Below are positions 11,419-23,900 of a DNA stretch of 64,000 nucleotides, piece after piece. The notes beneath the pieces are model-generated. The model did no database searches and was not told where the DNA came from. It saw only the letters and a list, made by a program, of their open reading frames with translations. The position numbers and the translations under genes were made by a program. Numbering within the stretch: the stretch's first letter is position 1; the number at the start of each line of letters is the position of its first letter. The stretch is from positions 23,624,001 to 23,688,000 of the forward strand of contig NC_087437.1 in assembly GCF_036321535.1 (NCBI RefSeq), read 5' to 3'. Origin of the DNA: Camelus dromedarius. Lineage: Eukaryota.

Positions 11419-14400
11419 TACTTCCTTTCCAAAACTCCCAAAATATGTTACGATTTTAGTTAGACTAATATCTAAGTTTTGCATGATTATGGCCATCTAA
11501 ATAATATTCACTGTTAAGCTAGATAATTTACTATGGTTTCATTTCCATTTTGTATGCCTTCTGCTTTTCCTGGAATTAATAATTCTCTTTAAAAATTTAT
11601 CTTGCCTTCAGTGTGTTATTTTATATGATTTTTCATCAGCTCTGGGTCCCTGAGTCCATGCCTCTTTGTTCCATATTCTGCAAAGAATAAATCTCCACGC
11701 ACCTGGAGGGAACGGGGAAGACAAGGGAGGGATAGGTTTCTGGCCGTGCCAAGTGGGTTAGGGGATCTCTACAGACCTTCCTACACAGACTTTAAACCGG
11801 TCCTTCTCTATTACTTCCACTCACATTCCAAGGTATTCGATAGCTACAAATTATGAGCCTTTGGCTGGCAAGAACTGTTTCGTTTCTCATTGGAATCCCT
11901 GTGTGCAGGCACTCACTCTCGTTTAGCTTCCTCCACCCCACTAAGAGAGTGAACATGGATCTATCTGCTTTACATTTGCCCATAATTTACTAACAACATC
12001 CACTCTCATTCTATTTATATCACCTTTTGGGTTTACCCATTTGGATTTTATTCCTTCACTTGCATTTTAGTGGGATTTCTGGAGGAAGTAGACAAAAGTG
12101 CTTATGTTTGATCCATGGTTTAATTAGGCTTCTGTTTCTTAACTACATTAAGCCTCAGTTTTCCCATCCATAAAATGAGAATATGAATAGTGCCTATCTC
12201 ATGGTAGGCATGATGGATTAAAAGAGCAAAGCATTAAAAATTTTAGTATATTTCCTAACACATAGAAAGCAGCAACTTAATATTTATTATTATTAAGGTT
12301 ATACAAGAAATATGCATACAACAAATAATGCATAGGAAAATACATTTGGTTCTCTCTACTTTATGTTAAAAATTCCGTAAGAATAGAAATGTTGCCTGTT
12401 CTGCTTATGATTGATTAATATATCTTTTTAATTATATTGAATTGAATTTTTAATAATTGCATTACAAGATTCTACCAGTTAAATAAAGAAAACATCTTTA
12501 CAATTATTATCATGTATTTCACAGATGGAGACACATAGGCCTATGAGGCTCAACTCATTAAAATGGAAGCTTAGAGATACTATGCTCTTTGGTAAACACT
12601 GAAGACCTCCCTATGCCCTAGCCCAGCAAATAATTAGTTACCTCTTTGTTTTGGTTATAAATGATTATATTTCTGTAATCATTTCCTAAAGGGAAACTAT
12701 TGAGTTTAATAAAATAATTTGGGAAAGGGGGCAGATAGTGAGACATGAAAATGGCTTTCTAAATATTTCTAATTCTGAAACTTTTATGAAAAACAGGGAT
12801 TTTCCTAGTCTTGCCTGAAAGAAACCATGATTCCCTAAAGGAAATATAAAGTCCAAGTGATCAGCATGTTATTAAAGGTATATTCTTTTAAAACTGTATC
12901 ATCAAGATGAATATAGTCACTGAAGAAAGAATTTAGTGGTGTCTGGACATTCCATAAAAAAAGGGAAATAGTTTATCATTTTGTCACGAAAGGGCCTCCC
13001 TGATCCCTGCAGCTGCACCTTCTCCCTCCCTCTCTGCCCTGCCTGGTATTTCGCCTGCATCTCTTTGTCACACTTGCTATCTCAGCTTGCACATAGTTCC
13101 TCACACATGAGTTCTCTTTTCCCAGGAGGCAGGGCCATGCCTGATTCATGTCTGTATCCCCCAAAGCCCTGGCACAAGGCCTTGAAAACTGCTGGCATGC
13201 AATAAATATGTGATGAATGAATGAGTACATTTACTTCTTTCTTCCTTTCTGTCACATACTAAGATCGAATTCATTGATTCCCTTTTCCAACCCGGGTTTC
13301 AGTCATTGATATATTCTTACTGTACTTCCTACACTGGGATTAATAAAACAGGACATTGACTTTCACAAGTAAGTTTAACCAGTCCTCCCCCAGCCATGGA
13401 TCTAAAGTCTATTCTGATTGCACTTCTCTGTCTTTAATTGTTTCTCTCTTTTACATCGTTACTGCCGAATCTCCACTTCTCCACTTCTGTTTGGTTCGGA
13501 AGCTAGGTTGCTAACGTTAAGCCTGTCACGATGTCTCATTTGGGGAAGAATGACTGTTGGCAATTGTGCTTTTTCAGGCCTGTGAGGGGTGTTCAGTTGA
13601 GCCATAATTTTTTTCCTGTCCAAGTCGAAACTTATAAATGAAAAATAATGTTAGTTTGCAGTCTTATATTTTGACTTATTGAGAAACTTACCAGAATTTT
13701 TCAGAAAACTGGCTTTTAAAAATATTTAAAAACAAATGTGATATTTTATCAGGTTCAAAATAATATGTTAATAAGAACCAAAATGTTTTCTTTAGGAGGA
13801 CCTCTCCCATTTGGTAATCCAAGTCAATGGAAAAACAAGAGGCAATTTATAAACAACTTTTCAAAACTAGAACTGGTTGATCAAATTTTTTCTGATTTTT
13901 ATAAAATATATACCAGAACTCTGTAAAGTCATTTTCACCTTGACTAGGCTTAATTAATAATATTATGTCATGATGATTTATTTCCTCAGAAAACACGCAT
14001 TTTCATATCAATTGTTTACTATAAAATATTTGTTATTTCTCCAGGATATTGAATTATGGAATTTTTTTAAGAGCAAAAGTTGTAAGTGTTTTGAGGGATT
14101 AAATATGTAAAGTTTAATTTGGGAGCCATGGGAACTTATTTAAACATATGCTTGCTTTCCTATTGTAGATAAGTAGGTCTTATGTTACCCCTGGCAATCT
14201 TTATATACATGATAATATAATTCATTACAATCACAGGGATAGAAATTTCAAAAAATGAGTACAATGTGTTTGTTGGATGAAATTTGAAAGAATAAAAAGT
14301 ATTTGAAGAAAATTTTGTGGGTTTTTTGTTTTGTTTTTGTTTTGCTTTTTGGTTTTTGTTTGCTTTATTTATCTTTTTAAAAAAATTTATTTAAGTGTAG

Positions 14401-14589
14401 TATATTTATGATCTAAGTTTCAGGTTGAAGAAAGAAATTTTGAATCAACAGCCTTTCTTATATTTTTAAAAGAATTGTTTCCCGTGTGCTTGCCTCCCAA
14501 AGCCTGCGGACCAGGATTTGCTGTGTGTCTTAGTGCAGAGCCGTTCCTTATCAGCAGACGATGGCAGCCAGAGGAAAGCGTTTTACAGA

Positions 14590-14920
14590 TTGCTTATTCA
14601 CAGAAATGGAATCATAGTGTGTGTTCTTTGTGTCTGGCTTCTTTCACTCAACATAGCATTTTTGAGGTTCGTTCATGTGGCTGGTCGCATTAGCTGCTCC
14701 TTCTTTTGTGTTGCTGAGTAATAGTGTACTGGGCAGCGAAATCAGAGCAGCAGTCGTGCTGGGATGGGAGGCGGACTGACTGGAAAGCCAGATGAGAGGA
14801 TTTTCTGTGGTGACGGAAATGCTCTGTATCTTAACTGATGTCCTGTTTACCTAGGTTATATATCTTGAGACCGTATAAGATTTGTGCATTTGACTGCATC
14901 TATGAATTATACTTCAATGC
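14590..14920. mobile_element. Old L1M 3'UTR fragments in opposite orientations (14590-14730 minus, 14735-14920 plus)
   Basis: TTTGTGTCTGGCTTCTTTCACTCAACATAGCATTTTTGAGGTTC followed by TTTTCTGTGGTGACGGAAATGCTCTGTATCTT. Confidence 0.65.
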
Positions 14921-16954
14921 AATTTAAATTTGATCGAACGGAATGAGGTGATCTGGAGAGAAATGTTTCTCAGCGTTTTTTTAAATAGTTAGTGCTTGTT
15001 TCATCGGTCAATAGAAACATATTTGTAGTTCCAACTAAGCTGCCTTGCTTTATTCATCCTGAGTGATGGGGATAGGGGTGTCCAACTAGACAGGCACATT
15101 CCCATCCTCCTGGGGCCTCCAATCGATCAGAGAGGACAGAGGTGGGAAGAGGAATTATAATTGCAGTAAATGCCATGAAAGAGAGAAGCACAAAGTGCTC
15201 AGAGTTGGGTCAGCCTGAAGGGCTAAGCTAGCCAGGGAAGGCTTAGGCAAGAAAATGTTTACACAAAGGCCTGAAGGGTGAGTGGGATTTCACTACGTGA
15301 AGGAGGAGGAGCTGGGGACAGGGGGCTCTGGGGATGCGAGGATCACAGGCAGGAGAGCAAACACAAGCTGCTGAGCGGTAACGAGCAAGGGGCACATGAG
15401 AGGAGACGGACCAGAGAGGGAGGATGGAGCGGGGGTCATACTGGCAGAGGAGACGACACAGAGCATTGAAGGCTGTGGTGAAGATTTGGGCTTTGGCGTT
15501 TGGTCACCATCCAGACAAGACAAATTGACATCATGCTTTTCTTGTCAATTGTTGCTGGGACTTTTATACGTCCATCGATAAAAGGAATCTATGTGGCTTT
15601 TTGATGCATCATTTGAAGAAAGTGTTTTGGCTTCATGACAGCATGAAGAAGTGGTCATTGAACATGAAACAGAGGTTTTACACTTCCCTGAATCACAGGG
15701 CTCTGCTGATACGATTTAACATCACAGATGGTGTCACTAATCTCGTGCACAGTTTGGCAATAAAACACAGCCTCTCTTACAGGGATGTAGCTGATTGCAA
15801 AAAGTAGGATGATTCCATAATGATGTGAGACCTGCTTCTGCACTGAGTTCTCACCAGAAACTGCCTTCTCTCACCTCCTGGGTCCCTGACCAATCGCAGG
15901 CCCAGTGTTAGGCCAAGGCCCTCCAACCTCCTTGCAGCCTGAGCTCTAACTCCCGACCAGTTTCCCCCATGAAGACGTTTTTAATTATTCTGAAATATGA
16001 ATTAAGCTGATATAGCATTTTTTAACACTTGAGAAGCAGATATGTCATCTTGGGCTGTGACAGAAACAAAGTAAAGCCCACCACGTATTTTTTAAGTCAT
16101 ATCAATGCAATTTTGTTTTAGGAAAGTTTGGATGCTATTTTCAGGAAGAGATTTATGATCAAGTGTGAGTTTCCAGCCTTTTAAATAGTACAATTCTGGC
16201 TCTATCCTTTTAAGCCATAAATTAAATTTGAAATAGTCACATTGCTTTTAATCTATAATAAGACATGAAAGAAGAATATGGATAATGATTATTCTAAAAG
16301 AAAAAAACACATTCACTATTCAGTTTAACAAGATTTACCTAAGATGTCTAACTTCCAGATATCATTACTGTCATTTTTATAACAATCTTTTCCTTGTTCG
16401 CTCTTCACATGAGCTAAGCACGATACAAAGGAACAATATTCAATAACAGCAAAAAATTAAGTTTTTCCACAGGAAGTTTCAGCAATTCAAAAATGTATCT
16501 TTGCTCATTTGCCAACATAAGACTATATGCTTCTGGGGAGTTTTCTCTCCCATTCCTGTAATGGTTTGTAGAGTTCTTTGCTTCTTTCCTCAAGATTCAA
16601 CTCCCAAATGCAATCTCAAAAGAATTGAGGTTTTCTACTTTATAGAAAACCTGGAAGCCATCAATTTAGAGGTTTTTGATCTCCCTCCCTCTCTATCCCC
16701 ATTGCTCCGACTATAGGTGTACCTTCATTCATTGCCATCACTCACCCTCCCAGGCCGGTCCCTCCAACTGTGCTCTGGGACAAGTCGCTTCAACTTACTC
16801 ACATACTGCACCCCATCAGTAGCCTCCCATTCCTCCAACACCTCTCTCTTTGCACTTTCCCAGAAGCACTGGCATACACTACAGAGTCTATTATAATGAA
16901 ATCAAAAGACCCACTTCTTTGTCCCCACCTAAGTATTCACCCAATTTCTGGACC

Positions 16955-18035
16955 AAAGATTATCAAACTTTTTGGTTTGAGGAACACCTTACACCCTTAG
17001 AAATTATTTAAAGTCCTGAAGGACTGAATGTTTGTCCCCCCGAAATTCATTTGTCCTTATGCCAGTGCCTTAATCCCCACTGTGACAGCTCTTGGAGGTG
17101 GAGCCTTTGGTAGGTAATCAGGTTCAGATGAAGTCATGAGGGTGGAACCTCCGTGATGGGATTAGTGCCCTTATATGAAGACTTCTATCTTCTGCCCTGT
17201 GTGGATGCAGCAAACAGGCAGCCACCTGCAGACCAGGCAGAGGGTGCTTACCAAACAGGGACTCTCTTGACACCTTGATCTTGAACTTCTCAGTCTTCAA
17301 AACTAAGATAAATAAACATTTGCTATTTAAGCCACCCAGTCCAAGATATTCTGTTAAAATAGCCCAAATTGCCGAAGACAGCTTCCAAAGATCTTTTGAA
17401 TATATAGTTATATTCATTGATATTTACCAAAATTAGAACAGACTTTTTAATATTTATTTATTCCACTACATGTAACATAAATAACATATTTTATGAAAAA
17501 ATAACTTTATTTTCCATAACAAAAAGCTTAAAGAGAAGAGTGGTAAATTTCTTTAATATGGGGCTTAATAGAAAACAGCTTTGCATTCTTATATCTTCTA
17601 AATTTAATCTGTTTTGGTTTTGCTTTTTGGTTGATGTATATGAAATATATCCAGTCTCATTCAGATATGTAGTCAAAAAAGACAGGATTATTGTAACAGA
17701 CTTTTCAGTGGATATTATTCCTTGATGCCACACCAGAATTTGAAAGGTGGTAGTTTCTGGAAGATCAGTTGTGAAATGAAATCTGAAGCCATGTCAATGA
17801 ACGTTTGGTACTCTGTTACATGACAATCCTTAGGTCCATTTTGCACTTTGAATGGATCTTTTACCTACATATGATGTTGTAATATTGTGCATTGGAAATT
17901 TGAAATATATTGGCCCTTTGAGTTATGCATCTGTTCCAAATATGCAGTGGAAAACTCCACCACACGCTTATTAGATAATAAGAGTGAAAAAAGTCAAATA
18001 AACTTTAATATTATTATGCAAATAGTTTTGGCTAT
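16955..18035. mobile_element. hAT-Charlie1-type DNA transposon remnant, split by a MaLR LTR
   Basis: TCAAACTTTTTGGTTTGAGGAACACCTTACACCCTTAGAAATTATT resumes after 17380 with CCAAAGATCTTTTG...ATTGATATTTACC. Confidence 0.7.
17014..17380 (+). mobile_element. MLT1A-type MaLR solo LTR
   Basis: GGACTGAATGTTTGTCCCCC...GGATTAGTGCCCTTATA...AATAAACATTTGCTATTTAAGCCACCCAGT...AAGACA. Confidence 0.85.
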
Positions 18036-18834
18036 TTCTAGGCAGTAGGGTCTAGTGTCGAAGAGGGCAGGATCTGGTGTCAGACTCCTGAATGTGACTA
18101 TCAACTCTGCCACCCCGAGGAAAATCCGAGCATCCATTTATTATGGGGTTAATAAAAATACCTGCATCACTAAGACTGCTGCTATGTTGAAATGAAATAG
18201 CACACATAACATACTGGCACATGGCAAATAATCAGGAATGACAATTCTTTTTGTATTTCTTTTGGTTCCTAAATTTCTCCTGTACTTTCAATTTATACTC
18301 ATGTTCTTTGCTTTTTTTCACCTTGTCTCCTCTTCTGACCTCTAACGTTCAGGATATATGTGACCTTAGGTCAAGCCTGAAGAAAATTTTCAGAAACTAA
18401 AATCTTCAGCCAAATCTCCTTTGGAGGCCCAGGAGACAGACTAATACATGTTTTTTAGGAAGTGAGAAGATGTCTAGAATTTGGGAGGCAAAGAAAATGA
18501 GCCCTCAAATTCCAAGGATCCAAAGTTTCACAGAGGAAGGGAATGACTTTTAAAGGATAGTTCCTTATTAAGGAAAGGATAGAACATATTAAGAGGAGTC
18601 TCTATTCCTAGGGCCTCCTTGGGCATCTCTGTAATAGGAAGCAGAGTTTCTCTCTCCTTCAGACTCCTTGAGTTGATGAAACACTTGGGAAAAACATTAT
18701 GTCAACCTGAGGAGGACAGTTGCATTTGGCTCCTGTGCAGTAAAAATTAATTAATTAATTATTAATTAAAATTAAGATTAAAATTTTTAAAAAATAGCTG
18801 ACTTCAGCTCTTTGTCAGAAGTCTGACTCAGATT

Positions 18835-19385
18835 AGGCTCAAGTTTCCTATTTTGGTTGTTATTGCTGTGTAACAAATTACCCCCAAATTTGGCAGTGCA
18901 CTTTCAAGCAACCATTTTATTAAGCTCAAAGAATCTTTTGTCAGGAATTCAAACAAGGCACAGTATGAACAGCTTGACTCTGCTTCTCCATATCTGGACT
19001 CCAGCTGGGAAGATTTGAAGGCAGTGGGGAAGCCTAACAGAGCTAGAATCAGCTGACGTCTCATTCATTCTCACTGTTGGGCTCAGCACCCACACATGGT
19101 GCTTCCAGGGGGCTGAGGCTAACTCCAACATGGCAGCCTCAAGGTAGTCAAGCTTTATACAGGAGCCTAGGGCTCCAAGTGTGAGTATTTCAGAAAACAA
19201 GTTAGAAACAGCGCTGCCTTTCATGATCCAGCTTCATAAGTCACGTGGCATCGCTCCCACCATACTTGATGGGTTGAAATTGTCCATCACAAGCCTGCCT
19301 GTATTCAAGGGGAGAGGACATAGACCCCACCACTCAATAGGAGTAGCGTCAAAGAATTTTGTGACAATGTTTTAAAACTGCCTGA
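18835..19385 (-). mobile_element. MaLR LTR (MLT1F/G/H-like)
   Basis: TATTGCTGTGTAACAAATTACCCCCAAATTT...TCAGGAATTC...TTCAAGGGGAGAGGACATAGACCCCACC. Confidence 0.75.
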
Positions 19386-20215
19386 GTTCCAGACAGTGGA
19401 AATTATTTTCTGGAGCTTAAGGGAAACAACAGTCTAAACCTGTGAGCCTGGACCCAGGGATGAAGAATGAACATGAGAAGCAACAAAAAGCGTCAGAGCC
19501 CAGTGAGTGAGAGGTAGACTTGGACAGTTTGGAACTTGGCTAATTTGGGCCTGAGAAGGATCAAAGTTTTTTAAGCAGAGCTGAATGTAAGGAGATTGAA
19601 TGAGAAAGCTTGGCAAGGAAAATAGGAAAATAAAGTAGAAATAAAATCACTCATAATCCAACCATCCAGATGTAACTCTTTTAAATTCAGTTTTTGAAAT
19701 TATCTTTACAGAGGCTATCAGATTATTTTACCTACATTCAATGGCATTTATTTAACATTTATTTAGTCTCTACTTCTTGTTAGTCACTGTTGTAGGCAGT
19801 GGGGATATAGTGGTAAACATGACACAGAAAAGCTCTGCCTTCTCAGAAATTACTATCAACAAAGAAATATTTCTGATGGTATTAGGTCCTGGCAAGGAGT
19901 GACTGATTGGGCAGACTGGAAATATTTTAGACAGTAGGCTTAGGGAATGCCTTTCTGAGGAAAACTGTGAAAAGGAGGAGGAAGGGAATTTAAGATCTGG
20001 GAGGAATAATCCAGGACCCCGAGAGGAAACGCAGTTTGCTTTAGGACATCAGGGTAAGGTGGAAAACTGCTGCAGGGTTTTCAGAGGGGAGTAACTCAAC
20101 TTGGATAATCTTTGAGAGTAGATTTGAGATAAATGAGTGACTGTAATGAGTGATTCAACAGAGTCATTGAGTTTATGGTACAAACTGAGTTTTACAGTTT
20201 GGGAAGTCATTTTTA

Positions 20216-20319
20216 GGTATTTATTTATCTAAAAAAAATTTAATGGAGCTACTGAGGATCGAACCCAGGACCTTGTGCATGCTAAGCATGTGCTCTACCA
20301 CTGAGCTATACCTCCCCCA
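20216..20319 (-). mobile_element. tRNA-Ala-derived short SINE (camelid vic-1-like) with 15-bp TSD
   Basis: Minus strand GGGGAGGTATAGCTCAGTGGTAGAGCACATGCTTAGCATGCACAAGGTCCTGGGTTCGATCCTCAG carries A and B boxes and an A-rich tail. TSD GGGAAGTCATTTTTA at 20201-20215 and 20320-20334. Confidence 0.9.
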
Positions 20320-20432
20320 GGGAAGTCATTTTTAAAAGATGATTTTCAAAACTGTGTTAGCAACAGAGGCTTCCCACACCAGCCTCGCCCTGAGTAATGA
20401 TCTCATTAACAAGGGAAGTATGTTTATTGTTA

Positions 20433-20831
20433 TGTTACGGAAACGACAGGCCAGTCAAGAAACAAGCACCACTCGGAGGGTTGGAGTACTCAGATGTATT
20501 ACGCCGGCGGGCTCAGAGGGGCTTCGGTTCCGAAGCTCTGAGCACCTCCAAGACGTGCACATGAGGTTTTATAGGGTAAAGTATAAGCTTGGGGGATTCG
20601 GCCAATAGGCATGGAACAGCTTTAGCAGCATTATCATCACAAAAGTGGAGGTGGGGAGGCAGCAAACCAACATGTATCTTCGAACATCCAGCTGGCTAGC
20701 AAAAAAACATAAACAGCAAACCAACACTAATTAACTTAGATTTGCAAGTTAGTCCAGCAGAACTCAGATCAGTATTCCAATACTTAGACCTGTGAGTTAT
20801 CTTGTTAGACCAGCCCAGCTTTTCCTTCACA
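20433..20831 (-). mobile_element. Young ERV solo LTR, 399 bp (class I/ERV1-like)
   Basis: TG...CA termini. 4-bp TSD GTTA at 20429-20432 and 20832-20835. Minus-strand TATAAAA at 20573-20567 and AATACA at 20500-20495. Many CpGs retained. Confidence 0.85.
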
Positions 20832-22263
20832 GTTACATACATTGTGTGTATACAGTGGAAGTATATGCCATTGTTAATGAGACATACAAATATGTAATAT
20901 ATAATGAAGGCAGAAAAGTTTATAAAGAATTTAGTGTGAAGAATCAAACATATAAATTATATGTAGGTAGGTAATGTGGTTACTTACATTGCTTTGCTTT
21001 GCTTTTGGGGAGGGTTGAAATATGCTGGGTTTTTTTTTTTTTTTTTTTTTTGATTCTTCATGAAAACTGTAATAGTATACTGGAGTCTAGAGCTTGTCCC
21101 GATGATCACATATTCAAACACAGAGAAGCCAGATGTAGTGCAGTTTCCTTGAACTGTAAAAACAGAAATGTTCCTGGTTCATAAGGGAAATTTAAACTAG
21201 CTAATCTATCTAGACATATAGAAACATGGCATCCATACACATTTTTTCCATTTCACTTACTTTACCACTCAGACTTTGGGGATCTTCCCGTAAGTTTGTG
21301 ACTCACCCTTGGGTTAGATGACTTAATGCTTCCATCTGACCAAGGGAAGGGAACATGATCATTTAACAAATCCACGATCCCCAGCTAGGATGCCAGGAGA
21401 CTCTCAGGAAACTCATCTTGTGGCTTGGCACATTCCATCTTCTCTTTTCTCTTAAAAAAAAAAGATCGGCACTTACATTTGGCCTGCTAATTGGCATTTC
21501 TTTCATCCCTTGAGGGTATTTCTGGACCGGTTTGCTTTGGTATCTCATCAAAGACTATACAAGAGGCTGGCTAAGTTTCCTCATAAACAACCTAACAGCA
21601 AAACAAACCCTGGTCCTGCTTTTCCTTCTTTTCATGTACCTAGTAAAAATGCTGATGTTTGAACTAGTCCAATCTTATGCACATAAATTATCTCACTGGA
21701 ATTCTCACAAAGACACTGTTATCAAAACGAGTCAGACATTGTTGGTTTTAATTTTACAGATGCAGAAGTGGAGGGGCCAAGAGCTTCATTTCTAGCCTAG
21801 GGTCTCTTAGCAAAGATGGCTGCTGGGCTCAGAACAAAGCCTGGGCCCCACTGAGTCTAGAACATTCTTTCTGGTACATCACATATCTCCGCAGAAAGCA
21901 TCCGAAACTTACCTGGCACATACTCCCCCACCCCCCATGGAGTATTAGGCACCGTGTACAATTTAAACACTCTTGTTCTTTTACCGAATATTTGTGACTT
22001 AGAGTAGGGATTTGTGTGGTTAATGGAGAATGCTAGACGATGACATTTACAAGTTGGCAAAGACAATAGCCTTTCTTTTCCCTCAACAGACCATTTACTT
22101 AAGGTGACTCTGTGGTTTACATTTGAAAGTGACACTGAAAGCTGCAGTTAGGGGATAAATTTACCTAAATTCCTAGTTTAACACTGACAGGCTATACCCT
22201 GAAGCTTACATTTCTGCGCGAATAAAAGCAGGATGCTACCTGAAGAGAGGTTTCTAATAGTTC

Positions 22264-22264
<1 letters not shown>

Positions 22265-22308
<44 letters not shown>

Positions 22309-22311
22309 ACA
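22265..22311. repeat. (CA)n microsatellite
   Basis: Read directly from the sequence. Confidence 0.95.
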
Positions 22312-22692
22312 TTGGCCAACTCATCAGATGTTTTCTTGGTTTAGGATCTTTTCTGGGTGGTTCAGAAAAAAATTTAGAGAAAAAAATCTGAAAGTAGATT
22401 GATTTAGTCAGTTAAGAGGAGGAAGGATTGAGGGTGGGGGTGATAAGGAGGAGAGTTTCAGAGTGATTTGTTTATTGAGTTGGGTGGGGAATCAAGCCAG
22501 TTGTTACAAAACCTAGGACTATTGGGGAAGCGGGGTGAATAAAAAGGATTTTGGGGTTGTTTTACTGGGTATTAGCAATATGATCTCTCTTTGCTTCCTC
22601 CTCAAGGATTCAGTCTCCTTAAAGCTCCTTTACGTACAGAGAAGATCAACGTTACTCTTCTGTGATTTTTGGAGTGGTGTTTGTTTTGTTTG

Positions 22693-22878
22693 TAGGATTG
22701 CCAGATTTCGCAAGTGAAAATACAGAAAGCCCAGTTAAATGTGACTTTCACAGAACCACTGAATAATTTGTGTGTGTGTGTTCAAGTCTCAAATATTGCA
22801 TGGGATAATCTTTTACTAAAAATTGGTATTTGCAATTCACATTTTATTGAGCATCCTGTATTTTATCTAGCAACACTA
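22693..22878. mobile_element. MER53-like palindromic hAT MITE
   Basis: Terminal inverted repeats TAGGATTGCCAGAT..AAAATACAG and CTGTATTTTATCTAGCAACACTA. Confidence 0.75.
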
Positions 22879-23154
22879 TTCATTTCACTAAGGCCTGGAT
22901 ACAAGCAAGAAAGTTTACTTTGTCAGCTTCCATGCAAATTGAAGAGAAGTTTCCCAGAGGCTCTCAGGCAGTAACAGCTGTTTCCAAGCTTGGCAGAATT
23001 GCTCAAGGAACTGCAGATTCTGGTGCTGTTTCTCTGCGATTCAGTCAGGGTGTGGGATTTTTCAAAGCATTCCGGGTGACACTGGAACAGCAAGGAGCTG
23101 GTGACTGATGCCCAGTGGTTCTCTGTTTTGCTATACAAAACAGAGACCTAAGGG

Positions 23155-23300
23155 ACTAGGACTACTTTTTTAAAGCAGCCATGCCCAGATCCTACCCCAG
23201 AGCAATTAAATCGGTGTCTGGGAGGCAGGCCCCTTACACTGCAATTAAGGAAAAGCTCCAGTAAATTTCAATGTTCCTCCAGGATTAGGAAGCCCTGAAT
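23155..23300. mobile_element. MER5A-like hAT MITE
   Basis: ATGCCCAGATCCTACCCCAGAGCAATTAAATC...AAGCTCCAGTAAATTTCAATGT...AGGATTAGGAAGCCCTG. Confidence 0.55.
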
Positions 23301-23367
23301 TATAGCCTAAAATATGGCATCCTATGGAGAGCCAGCTATAGGAAAATTCTAGAAGTTTATCTTCACC

Positions 23368-23900
23368 TTTTTTAATCAAAGTGTAGTCAATTTATAATGT
23401 GTTAATTTCTGGTGTGCAGCATAGTGATTTAGTTTTATATACATATATATATTTCTTTTCCTATTATTTTTTTATTATAGGCTATTACAAAGTATTGAAT
23501 ATAAGTTCCCTGTGCTATACAGTAGGATCTTGTTGCTTATCCATTTTATATACAGCAGTTAGTATCTGCAAATCCTGAACTCCCAATTTGTCCTGCCCCA
23601 CCCTCTTTTCCCCGGTAATCATGTTTGTTTTCTATGTCTGTGAGTCTGTTTCTGTTTTGTAAATAAATTCATTTGTGTCATTATTTTGGATTTCACATAT
23701 AAGGGATAACAAGTGGTATTTTTCTCTCTCTCTAGCTTACTTCACTTAGTAAGACAGTCTCCAGGTCATCCATGTTACAGCAAACTGCATGCAAATTGCA
23801 TTATTTTATTCTTTTTATGGCTGAGTAATATTCCAGTCATCTGTTGATGTACATTCAGGTTTCTTCCTTGTATGGACTATTGTAAACAGTGCTGTTATGC
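23368..23900 (-). mobile_element. Artiodactyl-type L1 3' end
   Basis: T-run, then GTGTAGTCAATTTATAATGTGTTAATTTCTGGTGT...GTTCCCTGTGCTATACAGTAGG...GCTTACTTCACTTAG...TTTTTATGGCTGAGTA. Confidence 0.85.

Noticed and set aside
20240..20319. tRNA-Ala gene
   Set aside because: Acceptor stem is broken, and the A-rich tail and TSD show it is a SINE.
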